Below are positions 11,894-21,608 of a stretch of 64,000 bases of DNA, one piece after another. The notes below the pieces were generated by a model, which saw only the letters and a list, made by a program, of their open reading frames with translations, made no database searches and was not told the DNA's origin. The position numbers and the translations under genes are program-made. The stretch comes from Sedimenticola sp. (GTDB taxonomy: Bacteria > Pseudomonadota > Gammaproteobacteria > Chromatiales > Chromatiaceae), in the NCBI GenBank assembly GCA_026984735.1, contig JALSRN010000014.1, forward strand, positions 21,405 to 85,404, in the 5' to 3' direction. Numbering within the stretch: the first letter of the stretch is position 1; each line of letters opens with the position of its first letter.

Positions 11894-12559
11894 ATGCGAA
11901 ACGGCGGCTTCACTCTCATGGAACTGCTGGTCTCCCTGGCTCTGGTGGGCATCATGACCCTCCTGCTCTACGGCGCCATGGACTTCGGCGGGCGCGCCTG
12001 GAGCAGGAGTGAAAGCCGCGCGGCGCGCGAAAATGCCATCCGACTGGTCTGGCAGCAGCTGAACGACTTTTTCTTGCAGGCGCGCCTCCCCTTCAGTGGG
12101 GAACCTCGTTCCCAAGGCCGTTTTATCTTCCGGGGCGACGAGAAGAGCGTGGAATTCGTCACTTCCATGGGGCGGGAAACAGGAGCGGGCCTCTACTTGG
12201 TGCGAATCACGCAACAGCGGCACGGCGACAGAATCGACCTGGTCCTGCGGCGCTGGTTGCTGCATCCAGAAATCGTCGCTGGGGGAGCGCCCATACCCCC
12301 ATGGATCCCACAAGATGAAGCAGATGACGGCGCCCATTCCAAAAGAGGCGAACAGCCGAGATCCAACCTCTGGTACGCCGAATCGGTACTCGCCAGCGCT
12401 CTGCTACGAGCCAATTTTTCTTTTTACACGGGCGCAAGCACCAACGGGTGGAGCAGACGGTGGAAGAGCGGGCAGAAGCCACCTCCTCTGGTCCGCCTGC
12501 AGGTGGAGGATGGGCGGGGCGCCTGGCCGGAGATGGTTTTCGAACTGCCGCCGTCATGA
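11894..12559 (+). CDS. gspJ: T2SS minor pseudopilin GspJ
   Basis: GG|FTLMELLVSL, operon position. Confidence 0.85.
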   Translation: MRNGGFTLMELLVSLALVGIMTLLLYGAMDFGGRAWSRSESRAARENAIRLVWQQLNDFFLQARLPFSGEPRSQGRFIFRGDEKSVEFVTSMGRETGAGLYLVRITQQRHGDRIDLVLRRWLLHPEIVAGGAPIPPWIPQDEADDGAHSKRGEQPRSNLWYAESVLASALLRANFSFYTGASTNGWSRRWKSGQKPPPLVRLQVEDGRGAWPEMVFELPPS

Positions 12560-13344
12560 ATCACATCTTTTCCCGAACCACCGTACCTTCCCAGGCCGGC
12601 ATCGCTCTGGTATTGGTGCTCTGGGCGGTGACATTACTCGCCCTGATGGCGACCACCTTGGGCAGAACCCAGCACGGCGAAGCGGTGATGGCCGGCAACC
12701 TGTCGGAGGAGTCGAAAGCAGAGGCGCTGATGGCGGCAGGCCTCCACTTCATGATGCTCCAGCTCGAGCGCCGCAATCTTCCGGCACCGGGCAACCCCTG
12801 GCCGGTGGACGGCAAGCTCCACCCCTGGCATTTCGCCGGCCATCGGCTCTGGATCGGCGCTCAAGCCGAATCCACCCGGCTCGACCTCAACCATGCCGAA
12901 GGCGAGGAGTTGCTGGAGCTCTTCCGCTCGAACGGACTCGATGAACTAGAGGCCAGGGCGCTTCGCGACGCCACGCTCGACTGGCGGGACGCAGACGGGG
13001 TGGCCAGGTCCAACGGCGCGGAAGACGCCGAATACCTTGCCATGGGGCGGCCGGTGGGCGCGGCCGACGCCTTTTTCCAGTCGGTCGACCAACTGATGTT
13101 GGTCAGGGGCATGACCCACGAGCTGCTGGAACGCCTGGCGCCGAAGCTCAGCGTCCACTCCCGGTGGGCTTTCCGGCTCCATGTGGAACTGGAAGCGCCG
13201 AACGGCACCCTCCACCGACAGACCATGGTGGTGGACGTGCGCCATCGCACGCCGCACGGCTACCGCATCCTCGCCCTCGATCCCCACCCGGGCGCGACCC
13301 TACCACGGGCGCGACGACAAGAAGAGTCGGAGACCGGCTCGTGA
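12556..13344 (+). CDS. gspK: T2SS minor pseudopilin GspK (short, 262 aa)
   Basis: AG|IALVLVLW, RLDLN, LDWRDAD, GAEDAEY, FQSVDQLMLVRGM. Confidence 0.85.
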   Translation: MNHIFSRTTVPSQAGIALVLVLWAVTLLALMATTLGRTQHGEAVMAGNLSEESKAEALMAAGLHFMMLQLERRNLPAPGNPWPVDGKLHPWHFAGHRLWIGAQAESTRLDLNHAEGEELLELFRSNGLDELEARALRDATLDWRDADGVARSNGAEDAEYLAMGRPVGAADAFFQSVDQLMLVRGMTHELLERLAPKLSVHSRWAFRLHVELEAPNGTLHRQTMVVDVRHRTPHGYRILALDPHPGATLPRARRQEESETGS

Positions 13345-14381
13345 GCCTCTCTGTCCCCTACCGATGGCGCTCTCTGCGCACCTGGATTCCGGCCTGCATG
13401 GAAGCAGCCGGCGGACGGCTTTTCGCCCGTTGGGTGCCGCCAGAGATGAAAATCGATATCGAAGGTCGCTCTGCCGCTCTCCGTTACCAGGAACGAAATC
13501 TCGCCGTTTCTCTCGACGATCTGAGACGGCAGATGCCGCTGTTTACGCGCCGGATCGGCAAGCGTCCTGTAAAACTCATGGTGTCCAAAAAATGGCTTCT
13601 CCATCGGCGCGTCACCCTGCCAGCAGCGGCGCGCGAGAACCTTCGGCAGGTGGTCGCCTATGAGTTGGACCGCATCAGCCCCTTCGAAAAGGACCAAGCC
13701 TGGTTCGTGCTGGAGGTGGGGGAACCAGGCGGTCACGCCAACAGCCGGATCGTGGTGGACCTCTGGCTGCTGCCGCGCCAACGCCTGCAACCCTGGATGG
13801 ATGCCTTGCGCGAGGCCGGCCTGGGAGTGGGCGCCGTAGTCGCGGAAGGTAGGGAACGCCACGACTTCCTGCCGCCCGAATCACGTGCCCGTCTCCCCTG
13901 GAAGCATCGGATCGCTCGGGCCCTGCCCCTGTTCCTCGCGTTGTTGGCCCTGGCTGCCCTCTTGCTTCTTCCCCTTGGGCGGCTCCACCACCAGATCGAC
14001 CGGCTCACGCTCAAAGAGGACAGGATCCAGCGGGAATATGAACAAACCGTAAAATTGCAAAAGCGGCTCGATTCCAGACTGGCCGATCTGCAACAGACCG
14101 CCAAGCGCTGGGCTGCGGCCCCCGAGCCGCTGGAGATCCTGGGAGCTCTGAGCCGTCTGCTGCCCGACGACACTTATCTGCAACAACTCGAAATCAAGGG
14201 CAGGGAGATCCGTTTGAGGGGAGTCTCTTCGCAAGCCACTGCCCTCATCGCCCTCCTGGAAGAGGCGCCGGGATTCGAGCATCCCCGCTTCCTCTCACCG
14301 CTCACCCGAAAGGAAAAACAGGAACTGTTTCAGTTGACCGTAACCTACGCCCCAAGCCGCCTGCGGGAGAAGTCTCGATGA
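13341..14381 (+). CDS. gspL: T2SS GspL (PilN-like C-terminal domain)
   Basis: GTGA overlap with gspK; LPAAARENLRQVVAYELDRISPF, one TM segment, LSRLLPDDTYLQQLEI. Confidence 0.8.
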   Translation: MSLSVPYRWRSLRTWIPACMEAAGGRLFARWVPPEMKIDIEGRSAALRYQERNLAVSLDDLRRQMPLFTRRIGKRPVKLMVSKKWLLHRRVTLPAAARENLRQVVAYELDRISPFEKDQAWFVLEVGEPGGHANSRIVVDLWLLPRQRLQPWMDALREAGLGVGAVVAEGRERHDFLPPESRARLPWKHRIARALPLFLALLALAALLLLPLGRLHHQIDRLTLKEDRIQREYEQTVKLQKRLDSRLADLQQTAKRWAAAPEPLEILGALSRLLPDDTYLQQLEIKGREIRLRGVSSQATALIALLEEAPGFEHPRFLSPLTRKEKQELFQLTVTYAPSRLREKSR

Positions 14382-14962
14382 GGAAAACCGGCAGCGACAA
14401 ACGGTGTGGCCACCTTTGGCTTGTTCTCGGGATAGTGGCCCTGTTGTCACTCCTGGCTGTCCTGGTCCCTTGGTGGTCGCAATGGCGTAGTGAACGGGAA
14501 ACGCTGACTTTGATCCAGGCACGCATAGGCCGGCAACAAGCGCTCATCGGGCGCCGTCCAGAGATCGAAAAAGCGCTGCGGAAGCTCGACAGGGAACTGG
14601 AAAGGCGACGCTATTTCGTCGCAGGGGAGACACCAGCAGTGGCTACCGCCCGTCTGCAACAGCAGATCAAGAATCTGGTAGATGGCGCCGGCGGCGCTCT
14701 CTTGAGTAGCCAGGGATTGACCGGCGGCAAAGACCGAAAGGGATGGATCACTCTTGCGGTCCGCATGAAAGGAGACACGAACGTCCTTGCCCGTTTTCTC
14801 CAAGCGCTGAACCGTCACCGGCCGGTGGCACGGATGGAGGAGCTCACGGTGCGCAGGCACTCCCGTTATCGTCAGCAAGGACGGCGCATGAAGAAGAGAA
14901 GAGGGACGGAGCTGGAAATCGGTTTCCGCATCACCAGCCGATGGAGAGGGCCAGAATCGTGA
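14378..14962 (+). CDS. gspM: T2SS GspM
   Basis: N-terminal TM, coiled coil, ferredoxin-like C-terminus; operon position after gspL. Confidence 0.75.
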   Translation: MRKTGSDKRCGHLWLVLGIVALLSLLAVLVPWWSQWRSERETLTLIQARIGRQQALIGRRPEIEKALRKLDRELERRRYFVAGETPAVATARLQQQIKNLVDGAGGALLSSQGLTGGKDRKGWITLAVRMKGDTNVLARFLQALNRHRPVARMEELTVRRHSRYRQQGRRMKKRRGTELEIGFRITSRWRGPES

Positions 14963-15507
14963 TTCGGAACACCTTTCTTCCAGGAGTGTGGCTGATGACG
15001 CTCCTGCCACTCGTGACGGCCACTTCGCCGGCCGCTGCCGAAGTAGCCGAGACGCGCATCACCGGCGCACTCGAAGCTCTGGAGAATGTCGTGGAGACTA
15101 CGCCGGCAAAAATCGACCCCGAGATCCTCCAGCGGCCCCTCTTCGTTCCGGCGCGCCGCCCCTCTGCAGAGCACGACCAGGAAAAGGTCGCCACGCCGGC
15201 CGGCGGGCCTGCCGGTCTCTTGCTGGAAGGCATCGTCCAGACCGAAACGGACGGGTTCGCGCTGATCCGCGCCCGATCCGAAAAAAAGCCACGCCGTGTC
15301 CGTCCCGGCGACCGCCTCTCTGGCTGGAAAGTGAAGGCGATCCTCACCGACCGGGTGGTGCTCGAGGCAGATGGCGAGCGGCACGAGCTGCAACTCTACC
15401 GCTATCCACCAGCCGCAAACCGACTTCACCGCGAAACGATGTCCCACCAACGGCAGCGAAGTCCTCTTCGCCGAGAATCGAAAACCGACCACGGAAAGCG
15501 ACCATGA
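14959..15507 (+). CDS. T2SS GspN/GspC-like protein
   Basis: GTGA overlap with gspM; RPLFVPARRP, LLLEGIV, VRPGDRLSGWKVKAILTDRVVL (HR-type domain); sits between M and D as in the xps-type order. Confidence 0.7.
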   Translation: MIRNTFLPGVWLMTLLPLVTATSPAAAEVAETRITGALEALENVVETTPAKIDPEILQRPLFVPARRPSAEHDQEKVATPAGGPAGLLLEGIVQTETDGFALIRARSEKKPRRVRPGDRLSGWKVKAILTDRVVLEADGERHELQLYRYPPAANRLHRETMSHQRQRSPLRRESKTDHGKRP

Positions 15508-17744
15508 TCCCCTCCCCTCCCTCACCACTGCTTTCGCTTCCCTCTGGAATCTTTTTGCCGCGGATTGCCCTCGCCCTGACCCTTTTGTTTGGAACGGTGG
15601 GCTGCGAAACCATGGAACGTCTCCCGGGGACCGGCGAAGTGGAACGGCACCCGCCGCCTCCACCTGCCGCCGTCCAATCATCAGAGTCGGCAAAGGTCTC
15701 CCAGGACACTGCACTCTCTCGATCCATCGACTCCGGATCCAAGGGCTCACGCGCCCCTCACGGTTGGGAAATGCCGGGCACCGACCGCTTCGTCCGCTCC
15801 CCCACCGGCGCCCAGCCTCAGCGAAAGGCGGTATTGGCGAAAGACCAAGTGGTGCTCAACTTCGAGAACAGCGACATTCGCGCCGTGGTGAAGGTGATCC
15901 TCGGCGACATGCTGCATCGGAACTACCTCATCGATCCCAATGTGCGCGGCAGCGTCACCATGCAGACCGCCGCGCCCCTCTCCCGCGCCGATCTGCTGCC
16001 CACCCTGGAGACGCTGCTGCGCATGAACGGCGCCACCCTGGTGGAAACGGACGGGCGGTATCAGGTGGTGCCGCTGGGGAAGGCGGAGAAGGGGCTGCTC
16101 ATGCCGCGCCTCGCGGACGGAAAGCGCCCCTTGCCGCCGGGAGCGCATCTCGTCATCCGGCCGCTGCGACACATCAGCGCCGAGGAGATGAGCCAGATCC
16201 TCAAGCCGCTGCTGGGACGCAACGACAATCTGGTACGGGTGGATCCCAAGCGCAACCTGCTGGTGCTCTCCGGCACCTCGCGGGAGCTGAAGCAGATCCT
16301 GGCCACCATCGACACGTTCGACGTGAACTGGCTGCACGGGATGTCGGTGGGCTTCTTCCCCGTGGAAAAGGCCTCGCTGGACCAGGTGCAGAAGGAGTTG
16401 GACGTGGTGCTCGGCAGCGAAGGGGGCAAGGCGCTGGGCGGGCTGGTGCGCATCACCCCCATTCCCAGCGCCAACGGCTTCCTGGTGGTCTCCCGGCGGC
16501 GCGAATACCTCACCGAGGTGGGCGACTGGATCCGCCGCTTCGACCGCTTCTCGGTCACCGACGACGAACCCCGGCTGTTCATCTACCGGGTGCGCAACAG
16601 CAAGGCGGAGAATCTGGCCAAGCTGCTCAACGAACTGTTTGCTTCCGGTCGGAAGAAATCCCTGCCTCCACCCTCCCTAGCACCTGGCCGCAAGGCGGTG
16701 ACCATCATGGACACCAAGAAGCCGAAACCGGACAAGCCGGTTGCTGCGTCAAAAACGACCTCTTCCCTGCCTTCGTCGGCAAAAATGACAGCGGCTGAGG
16801 TACACGTGGTGGCCGACGAAGAGCACAACACCCTGCTGATCCGGGCCACCGCCCGCGACTACCAGCGCATGCAGGACACCCTGCAGAAGCTCGACATCAT
16901 TCCCTTGCAGGTGCACATCGAGGCGACCATCGTGGAAGTGCTGCTCAAGGGCAAGCTCAAATATGGAATCTCCTGGTTCTTCAAGGGCGGCGTGGACGGC
17001 TACAAGAGCGTTGGCGGAGTGGGTGGAACCACCAGCGGCATCGACCTCACCGGCGGCATCAAGAACCTCGCCAACGGCTTCAACTGGTCGCTCATCGACA
17101 GCAGCGGCGCGGTGCGCGCCGTGCTCAACGCCTTTGCCAACGACTCGCTGGTGAACGTGCTCTCCGCCCCTTCGGTGATGGTGCTGGACAACCAAGAGGC
17201 GATGATCCAGGTGGGCGACGAGGTGCCCACCCTGACCCAGCGGCAGGGCACCGAGGGCAACGCAGTGATCGAGTCGGTGAGCTACCGCAACACTGGCATC
17301 ATCCTCAAGGTGAAGCCGCGGGTGAACCCCGGCGGGCTGGTCACCATGGAGATCTCGCAGGAGGTGAGCGCCGTGGCCAATACCGACGTCGCCACCAACC
17401 AACCCACCATCCAGACCCGCAAGATCAGCAGCACCGTGGCGGTGCAGAGCGGTCAGACCGTGGTGCTGGGCGGCCTGATCCGGGACAAGCGCACCAACGC
17501 TCAGGGCGGCGCCCCGGTGCTCTACAAGCTGCCGGTGGTGGGTGCGCTCTTCGGCGAGACCGAGAAGAACAGCGAGCGCGTCGAGCTGGTGGTAGTGCTC
17601 ACTCCCCGCGTCATCACCAGCGCGGAGGACGCCCTGCACATCACCGAGGATTTCCGCACCCGCATGCAGGGGCTGAAGAAGGAGTTTCTCCAAGAAGCGG
17701 GCGTGCTCAAGCGCGACCGGAAGAGTGCCGATAAGGACCGATGA
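15504..17744 (+). CDS. gspD: T2SS secretin GspD (lipoprotein)
   Basis: Lipobox-like TVG|C, LNFENSDIRAVV, N-domain repeats, QVHIEATIVEV, LSAPSVMVLDNQEA, VLGGLI. Confidence 0.93.
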   Translation: MIPSPPSPLLSLPSGIFLPRIALALTLLFGTVGCETMERLPGTGEVERHPPPPPAAVQSSESAKVSQDTALSRSIDSGSKGSRAPHGWEMPGTDRFVRSPTGAQPQRKAVLAKDQVVLNFENSDIRAVVKVILGDMLHRNYLIDPNVRGSVTMQTAAPLSRADLLPTLETLLRMNGATLVETDGRYQVVPLGKAEKGLLMPRLADGKRPLPPGAHLVIRPLRHISAEEMSQILKPLLGRNDNLVRVDPKRNLLVLSGTSRELKQILATIDTFDVNWLHGMSVGFFPVEKASLDQVQKELDVVLGSEGGKALGGLVRITPIPSANGFLVVSRRREYLTEVGDWIRRFDRFSVTDDEPRLFIYRVRNSKAENLAKLLNELFASGRKKSLPPPSLAPGRKAVTIMDTKKPKPDKPVAASKTTSSLPSSAKMTAAEVHVVADEEHNTLLIRATARDYQRMQDTLQKLDIIPLQVHIEATIVEVLLKGKLKYGISWFFKGGVDGYKSVGGVGGTTSGIDLTGGIKNLANGFNWSLIDSSGAVRAVLNAFANDSLVNVLSAPSVMVLDNQEAMIQVGDEVPTLTQRQGTEGNAVIESVSYRNTGIILKVKPRVNPGGLVTMEISQEVSAVANTDVATNQPTIQTRKISSTVAVQSGQTVVLGGLIRDKRTNAQGGAPVLYKLPVVGALFGETEKNSERVELVVVLTPRVITSAEDALHITEDFRTRMQGLKKEFLQEAGVLKRDRKSADKDR

Positions 17745-17759
17745 GAAGCGGCTTCCACC

Positions 17760-20267
17760 TCACTCCTTGGCGCTCTTCCCCGTTTCAGCGAGCACATAGC
17801 CACAGGGGTCCTTCTCCTGGGTGATCTTTTGGATCAGCCCCTCCAAAAGCAGGCTGAGCCCCCCGGTCTGCACCGCCGCCGCGTAGGAGAGCGAGGTGCG
17901 CAGCGCCCCGGTGGGATTGATGACGATGAGAGGCTCGAGCAGGGGACCGCGGACGGCCACCAGGTCGGCCAGTCTGGACAAAGAGAGGTCGAGCAGGCCG
18001 GAGGCCTTCGGCTCCAGGGTCGCTTCGAGGGTCTCGTCGGCCAGGTTCGCCACCCCTTCGCCGACCCATACCACCCGCGGAAAGACCACCACCGCGCCCC
18101 GCGGAGCGCGCACCACGCCCTGCTCGGCCTTCAAGTAGAGGGCGGCGCACTGCATGCGGCGGGCCGCCGGTTTCTTCTTCGTTTCGGGATTCAACCGCTG
18201 AAGCAAGGCGGCCTCAAGAGAGGGGGGAAGGCCCAAATGGAAAGAAGCGTCATGCAACGACAGGCGCGCCTCTCCATCCAGGGAAGCGGCCATGGCGGCC
18301 GGAGTGCGACCGGCCGCCCGCGCTTGCAACGAGAGGCCGACGGTGCCTGAATTCGGGGGAAGCCCAAAGCCCGGAAAGGCGTTCGCCAGATCGGCTCCGG
18401 CAAACCGAATCCGAAGAGAGAGGCGGGGCGGATCGGCGGCGCCGTCCAGTTCGAGCGCGCCTTGCAGAGGCGCTCCGCCGATGCGCCCCCGCACTTCTTG
18501 CAACCGCATCTTTCCGTCTTCCAGGCGCAAGGTGCCGGAAAGCTGCTGCAGACGGACGGTTCCCGCCTCCAGGTTCTCCACCTGCAGCGCCAGCCGGCCA
18601 TCGACCCACGACAACCACCGAAGAGGAAGAGGCCGCCGGGAAAAGAGGCGGGGCCGCGCAGCTTCTTTCACGGGTTCAGGCGGCAACTCTTCCTTCTCCA
18701 CCAACCGTACATAGAGCCGCTTCCGCCGTGACAGCCGGCCGAACACATTCCACCGTTCGGAGCGAAGCCTTCCCTCCAGGAGGGGTCGGCGTCCCGGCCG
18801 CAACGCAAGGTTCACCTCTCCTTGAAGATCGCTCTCCCCCACCTGCAACCTTTCAATACCGAGCCGCAGCCGGCGCTTCCCGTAATGGAAATGGCCCTGC
18901 AGGCCCACCGGTTTCACCGGCTCGAAGCCGATGCCCAACCAGGGAGAGAGCCGCGCTAGGTGTTCCGCGGTCGCCGTGATCCGCCCTTCGACCACGGCAT
19001 CGCCACTTCTCCAGGCGACATGGCCCCGGCTCTCCAGCTCCACCCCTTCGCCGGAGAGGCGCAGCTCCAACGGTCTGCGATCCCCTCGCGCTCCGTCGAG
19101 CCCCAAGGAGAAGCGGGCCGCGCGTTTGCCCCGTTCCACGGTTCCCTCCAGATGAAGCGCCAGCCGCCGCGGTTCGCCGATCTGAGTCGCCCCTCCCCGC
19201 GCCTGCACCCGGACGCCCTTGCCCCGCAGTCGCAGATGGAAGTCGCTCACGCGCAGTGCATGGTAACGACCGGCCAGTTCGGCGCTCATCTCCATTTCCG
19301 CAAAGGGAAGAGAAGAAGGGATCCCCAGCCGTTGCAGCAGGCTGCGGAAGGAGCCGGAGTGCCCCTCCATCGCCAGCCGCAGCCCCTTTCCGGTGAGCAG
19401 GTCGTCCATCCGCCCCTTGGCCGTGAGTTGCAGGCGCTTGCCCTCCCCCACGCGAATGCGCAGCCGTTCGCCCCGCCGCACCCCCTTGCCGAGGAGCAGA
19501 TCACCCTGCAACTCCAGGGGGCCGAGATCGGGCAACGTAGCGAGGGGGGACCCTTGCAGAAAGCGCAAGGTGGGGGCCCGACCGCGAACCCGCAGCCGCA
19601 GGGCGGCCTCTCCTCTCTCCGCGGAGCCCTCGGCGCTCAGCTTCAACGCGCCGATGCGCCCCTCCATCTTCACCCTCCCGCCGTCCAGCCGGGTGTGCAT
19701 CTTCAGCGGCTGCCCCTGGTAGCGGCCGTCGAGCCGCAGCGTCGTGCCCCCGCCGCCGCGCAGCTCCAGGCGGGCGATTCGCAGCGCCTTTCCAGGACCC
19801 CGCCCTTGCGACCACCGGAAGGTGACGCCGTCGAGGGAGACGTGCTCCGGCACCACGGCAAGAATCGGCGATCCCTCGCTCTCCGACGCTCGACCGGCGA
19901 AGCGGATCTCCCCTCCCTCCTGGTGGTAATCCAGCTCCAGGCGCCGATGAAAGAGCAGCGGCGTCAACGGAAAGGAGAGCCGCAGGCGGCGGGCCTGGAA
20001 ATGGCGCACGGGACCGCGCGCACTCTTCCCCAGTTCCACCTTTTCCGCCGCCAGATCGATCCTCTTTCCCAGATGGAGCCGAAACGCCCCTCCCAGCGCA
20101 AGCTCGCCTCCCGTGACCCCCTCCACTGCCCTGCTCAGGACCCAACGCTGCGCCGAGTCCCCGGAAAAGGTGAACAGCGCCACAGAAAGAAGAGAAATCA
20201 AGAAAAGAAATACAACAAGATAGAAAAAAGTTTTTATAATTTTTCTGAATGTGGAATCGTGGTGCAT
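17760..20267 (-). CDS. AsmA-family protein
   Basis: N-terminal TM anchor, long beta-strand-rich body, AsmA-like C-terminus (GEGVANLADETLEATL, VAVRGPLLEP). Confidence 0.7.
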   Translation of the reverse strand: MHHDSTFRKIIKTFFYLVVFLFLISLLSVALFTFSGDSAQRWVLSRAVEGVTGGELALGGAFRLHLGKRIDLAAEKVELGKSARGPVRHFQARRLRLSFPLTPLLFHRRLELDYHQEGGEIRFAGRASESEGSPILAVVPEHVSLDGVTFRWSQGRGPGKALRIARLELRGGGGTTLRLDGRYQGQPLKMHTRLDGGRVKMEGRIGALKLSAEGSAERGEAALRLRVRGRAPTLRFLQGSPLATLPDLGPLELQGDLLLGKGVRRGERLRIRVGEGKRLQLTAKGRMDDLLTGKGLRLAMEGHSGSFRSLLQRLGIPSSLPFAEMEMSAELAGRYHALRVSDFHLRLRGKGVRVQARGGATQIGEPRRLALHLEGTVERGKRAARFSLGLDGARGDRRPLELRLSGEGVELESRGHVAWRSGDAVVEGRITATAEHLARLSPWLGIGFEPVKPVGLQGHFHYGKRRLRLGIERLQVGESDLQGEVNLALRPGRRPLLEGRLRSERWNVFGRLSRRKRLYVRLVEKEELPPEPVKEAARPRLFSRRPLPLRWLSWVDGRLALQVENLEAGTVRLQQLSGTLRLEDGKMRLQEVRGRIGGAPLQGALELDGAADPPRLSLRIRFAGADLANAFPGFGLPPNSGTVGLSLQARAAGRTPAAMAASLDGEARLSLHDASFHLGLPPSLEAALLQRLNPETKKKPAARRMQCAALYLKAEQGVVRAPRGAVVVFPRVVWVGEGVANLADETLEATLEPKASGLLDLSLSRLADLVAVRGPLLEPLIVINPTGALRTSLSYAAAVQTGGLSLLLEGLIQKITQEKDPCGYVLAETGKSAKE

Positions 20268-20329
20268 GGGTCGAATCCGACGCTTCCGCCCGGAGCCCCA
20301 ATCTAGCAGATCAGCGCTATCAGCGAACG

Positions 20330-20551
20330 ATGAAACGCCAACAGCAGAAAGACGAGCTCATTTCCATCCTCTGGAAGCTGAAGAACGCCGCTTCCGGCAA
20401 TCATGCCGTGGCGGTCAATTTTCACGACCTGCTGCACGACCGGAAGGCTCGCTCCAGTTTTCTCGAAGAGGCGGCCAACTCTCCCTTTAGCGAGATCCGC
20501 CACGCCGCCCACCGGGCGCGGGAACTGGACCGGAACGGTTCACTCGACTGA
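20330..20551 (+). CDS. Small hypothetical protein (73 aa)
   Basis: ATG-started, helical-looking ORF between the asmA-like gene and the tRNA; no family recognised. Confidence 0.45.
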   Translation: MKRQQQKDELISILWKLKNAASGNHAVAVNFHDLLHDRKARSSFLEEAANSPFSEIRHAAHRARELDRNGSLD

Positions 20552-20599
20552 ATCGAGCCCCGCTCCTCGGCGCCGACTCCCGCTTTCGCCAGATCCAAT

Positions 20600-20686
20600 T
20601 GGTGCCCAGGGCCGGATTCGAACCGGCACGGGGTCGCCCCCGAGGGATTTTAAGTCCCTTGCGTCTACCCGTTTCGCCACCTGGGC
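20600..20686 (-). tRNA. tRNA-Leu (anticodon UAA), 87 nt, encoded CCA
   Basis: Reverse complement GCCCAGGTGGCGAAACGGGTAGACGCAAGGGACTTAAAATCCCTCGGGGGCGACCCCGTGCCGGTTCGAATCCGGCCCTGGGCACCA; long variable arm and GTTCGAAT T-loop. Confidence 0.97.
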
Positions 20687-20825
20687 GGAGGACTCCTGCA
20701 ACCTGCGGGAATTCTACAGAACCCTCCCGCTCTTTGCCTCCAGCCCGGCGGGCTTCCTCTTCAGCCTTTCCATCCCCTGCATTACAATCGGCTATCAGCC
20801 GTAGCCAGCAGATGGGCCGTTCTTC

Positions 20826-21602
20826 ATGTCTCCCCTGGACAAACTCTCTCGAATCGTGGGAAAAGCGATCACCTGGGCCTTTTCGGGCGCTCTCTACGGG
20901 GGCTTCTTCTCCGGGCTCTTCGGCTACCTGGCGATGCAGCAGGGCGCGGCTCATTGGGCCCCCTATGTGACCGCCTCGATGATCTCGGGAATGGTGATCG
21001 CCGCCTTCTTCGGCAGCATGCTGGTGGCCCTCGGCGGCACCCTCTCGGGCATTCTCACCGCCATCTCCTACCAGATCATCTTCGCCGGCTACCACCGGCC
21101 GCTGCTGCTTCTCGCCAGCGCTTTCGTAGTGGGCATGGTGGCGGGCACCTTTTTCACAAGGCGGGAGATCCACAAATCCCAGCCGCTCGCCCAGGCGGCG
21201 GCGGGGCTGGTCGCCGGAGCGGCGGCCGGGCCGCTGCTGTTCCTCATCGCCCGGGCACTGGAGCTGGACGAGGTGATGGCGGCCACCGCCGCCCTCTCGG
21301 TGTCGCTGGTGGGCCTCTTCTACGTGGTGGCCATCAAGCACCTCCCTCCGTTGTTGCGCCAGGGGCTGGCCGAAAAGGTGGGCGGTCCCCTGGTGTCGGG
21401 GATCATCTCGGCGGCGGTCGCCGCCGTCTTCTGGCTCATCGGAGAGAGTTACATGGTGATCCCGCTCTACGGAGAGGAGAGCAGCTACCAGCTCATCCTG
21501 GACAACACCCCCTTCGGATTGCTGGGGGGCGCTTTGGGGGGCGCTTTTGGAGGGGCGATGCTGGAGATCCTCGGCATCCGCCTCGAAGAGCACATCGCTT
21601 GA
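20826..21602 (+). CDS. Hypothetical multi-pass membrane protein, Gly/Ala-rich helices
   Basis: About 7-8 hydrophobic segments with GxxxG repeats. Confidence 0.7.
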   Translation: MSPLDKLSRIVGKAITWAFSGALYGGFFSGLFGYLAMQQGAAHWAPYVTASMISGMVIAAFFGSMLVALGGTLSGILTAISYQIIFAGYHRPLLLLASAFVVGMVAGTFFTRREIHKSQPLAQAAAGLVAGAAAGPLLFLIARALELDEVMAATAALSVSLVGLFYVVAIKHLPPLLRQGLAEKVGGPLVSGIISAAVAAVFWLIGESYMVIPLYGEESSYQLILDNTPFGLLGGALGGAFGGAMLEILGIRLEEHIA

Positions 21603-21608
21603 GCCGGA

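Noticed and set aside
4840-20620. att-site duplication of the tRNA-Leu 3' end, or an integrase
   Set aside because: No second copy of TGGTGCCCAGGGCCGG was seen and there is no recombinase ORF in the window.
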